Source: Anaerolineaceae bacterium
GTDB lineage: Bacteria; Chloroflexota; Anaerolineae; Anaerolineales; Anaerolineaceae
Direction of reading: 5' to 3'
NCBI GenBank assembly: GCA_035403345.1
Contig: DAONEZ010000001.1
Location: 1-47,801, forward strand
Length of the DNA stretch: 47,801 bases
The notes beneath the pieces are model-generated. The model saw nothing but the letters and a program-made list of their open reading frames with translations. It did not search any database and was not told where the DNA came from. Both the position numbers and the translations under genes were made by a program. Shown in pieces: positions 46,837 to 47,801 of this stretch (position 1 is the first letter of the stretch; each line of letters starts with the position of its first letter).

Positions 46837-46847
46837 TTCCCTTATGG

Positions 46848-46876
46848 TTGACAGCCTGCCCGTCCCGTTTTATGAT
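46848..46876 (+). promoter_or_regulatory. sigma70-like promoter TTGACA-N17-TATGAT for array gene F
   Basis: Read directly. Shares TATGATGGAAAT with the gene A promoter. Confidence 0.65.
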
Positions 46877-46941
46877 GGAAATATCACAAGCGGGTGCGGA
46901 CATCAACCTGTTCGCCGCGCCTGCCACACAGGAGGATCCAA

Positions 46942-47801
46942 ATGAATCAGAAAACCATCCGGGTCAGCATTCTGACCATGGCCATCGCGCTGGCACTGTT
47001 CGTGTCGGCCATCCTGCCCGCCGGAGCGGTCTCCGCCGGCAGCGCGCCCGCCGCGGCCGTCACCGTACCCACCATCCTGGGACCCAAAATGACCACGCTG
47101 GACACCACCCCCATTTACAAGTGGACGAAGGTAACCAACGCCACCATGTACCAGTACCAGGTGTTTCTTAACGGCACCAAGGTGCTGGATAAAACCCCCG
47201 AAGCCGCGGATGTCTGCGGCGCGACCACCTGCCAGAAGGAACCCGCCTTCACCCTGGGTCTCAACCACTACCAGTGGCGTGTGCGCGCGCGCATCGGCTT
47301 CAACACCTGGACGGCCTGGACTTACTTCACCGATTTTTACGTCTCTCCCCAGCCCTTCACTGCACCTTTTAACGGATCAAAGCCTGGCTGGTCAAAGTTG
47401 GGCAGCGCAAGCTGGGCCACGATCTACGGCAAGCACCTGTACACCAACGGTCTGCCGGGTAAATTCTCGTCGATCTATTACAACAAGGGTCAGTTCTCTG
47501 ACTTCAACTTCAGTGCGCTGGTGAAGCGCGAGAACAGCAGCAAGCCCAATTACATCGTTGTGCGCGCCGGAAGCCTGGTGAAAGCTGGCAACGAGGAATG
47601 GTACCCGGCTTACATGTTCGGTTATACCAACAACGGCGAATTTGCAGTGATGTACTACAACGGCAGCTCGCACACTATGATCCAGGACTGGACCGCCACG
47701 CCGGCCATCATCAAGAACGGCTGGAATGAGCTCAAAGTGGATGCCTACGGCAAGACCTTCAAATTCTACATCAACGGCACGCTGGTGAAGCAGTTCAACA
47801 G
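46942..47801 (+). CDS. array paralog F (3' end runs off window)
   Basis: Absent from the ORF track. Hand translation from ATG 46942 after AGGAGGATCCAA gives MNQKTIRVSILTMAIALALFVSAILPAGAVSA...TPIYKWTKVTNATMYQYQVF...CGATTC...YQWRVRA...GWSKLGSASW...FSDFNFS...WYPAYMFGY...GWNELKVDAYGKTFKFYINGTLVKQFN. Confidence 0.85.
   Translation, partial: MNQKTIRVSILTMAIALALFVSAILPAGAVSAGSAPAAAVTVPTILGPKMTTLDTTPIYKWTKVTNATMYQYQVFLNGTKVLDKTPEAADVCGATTCQKEPAFTLGLNHYQWRVRARIGFNTWTAWTYFTDFYVSPQPFTAPFNGSKPGWSKLGSASWATIYGKHLYTNGLPGKFSSIYYNKGQFSDFNFSALVKRENSSKPNYIVVRAGSLVKAGNEEWYPAYMFGYTNNGEFAVMYYNGSSHTMIQDWTATPAIIKNGWNELKVDAYGKTFKFYINGTLVKQFN

Noticed and set aside
46620-47171. 183-aa track ORF spanning the repeat-rich gap and the start of array gene F
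   Set aside because: It reads through heptad repeats, the promoter and the terminator. The +1 frame from ATG 46942 has an RBS, a signal peptide and full colinearity with paralogs A-E, so it is the real gene.

Overview
A 47.8-kb, fairly GC-rich bacterial chromosomal fragment. I saw no rRNA, tRNA, CRISPR array or phage block. The taxon cannot be fixed from sequence alone; the style resembles Chloroflexota or another monoderm environmental lineage, but that is only an impression.

Gene content in order:
- A tight minus-strand acyl-CoA operon (SDR, KAS-III, CoA-transferase, small protein, thiolase).
- A back-to-back GPH transporter, esterase and PHP-hydrolase operon.
- A convergent iron pair (ferritin-like-VIT1 fusion and bacterioferritin).
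- A five-gene Opp/Dpp-type ABC operon whose binding protein appears circularly permuted.
- An orphan tyrosine recombinase and an MscS channel.
- Two tandem MerR/GyrI-like regulators followed by three paralogous Tat-lipoprotein FAD enzymes, then a YdjC deacetylase.
- A block of small-molecule-modifying and housekeeping genes (HAD nucleotidase, APH-like kinase, GNAT, PadR/HAAS pair, DUF2202, asparaginase II, NoeA-like methyltransferase, GyrI-like protein, thioesterase).
- A tandem array of at least six paralogous secreted two-domain proteins running off the right edge.

Strongest candidates for something undescribed:
1. The MerR regulon. One 21-bp dyad occurs four times, three of them inside TTGACT-N19 promoters placed about 80 nt upstream of each exported flavoenzyme gene.
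2. The expanding family of secreted proteins that combine a roughly 90-aa C-x4-C module with a ConA-like domain. There are eight module copies in seven genes.
3. The permuted family-5 solute-binding protein.
4. A shared vocabulary of word-like intergenic repeats: heptad tracts, an ~80-bp dispersed element, and REP-like GACTCCCGG hairpins.

The left 125 nt look like an in-frame thiolase/DXR chimera, possibly an assembly artefact. Two real CDSs that touch the window edges are absent from the ORF track and were translated by hand.
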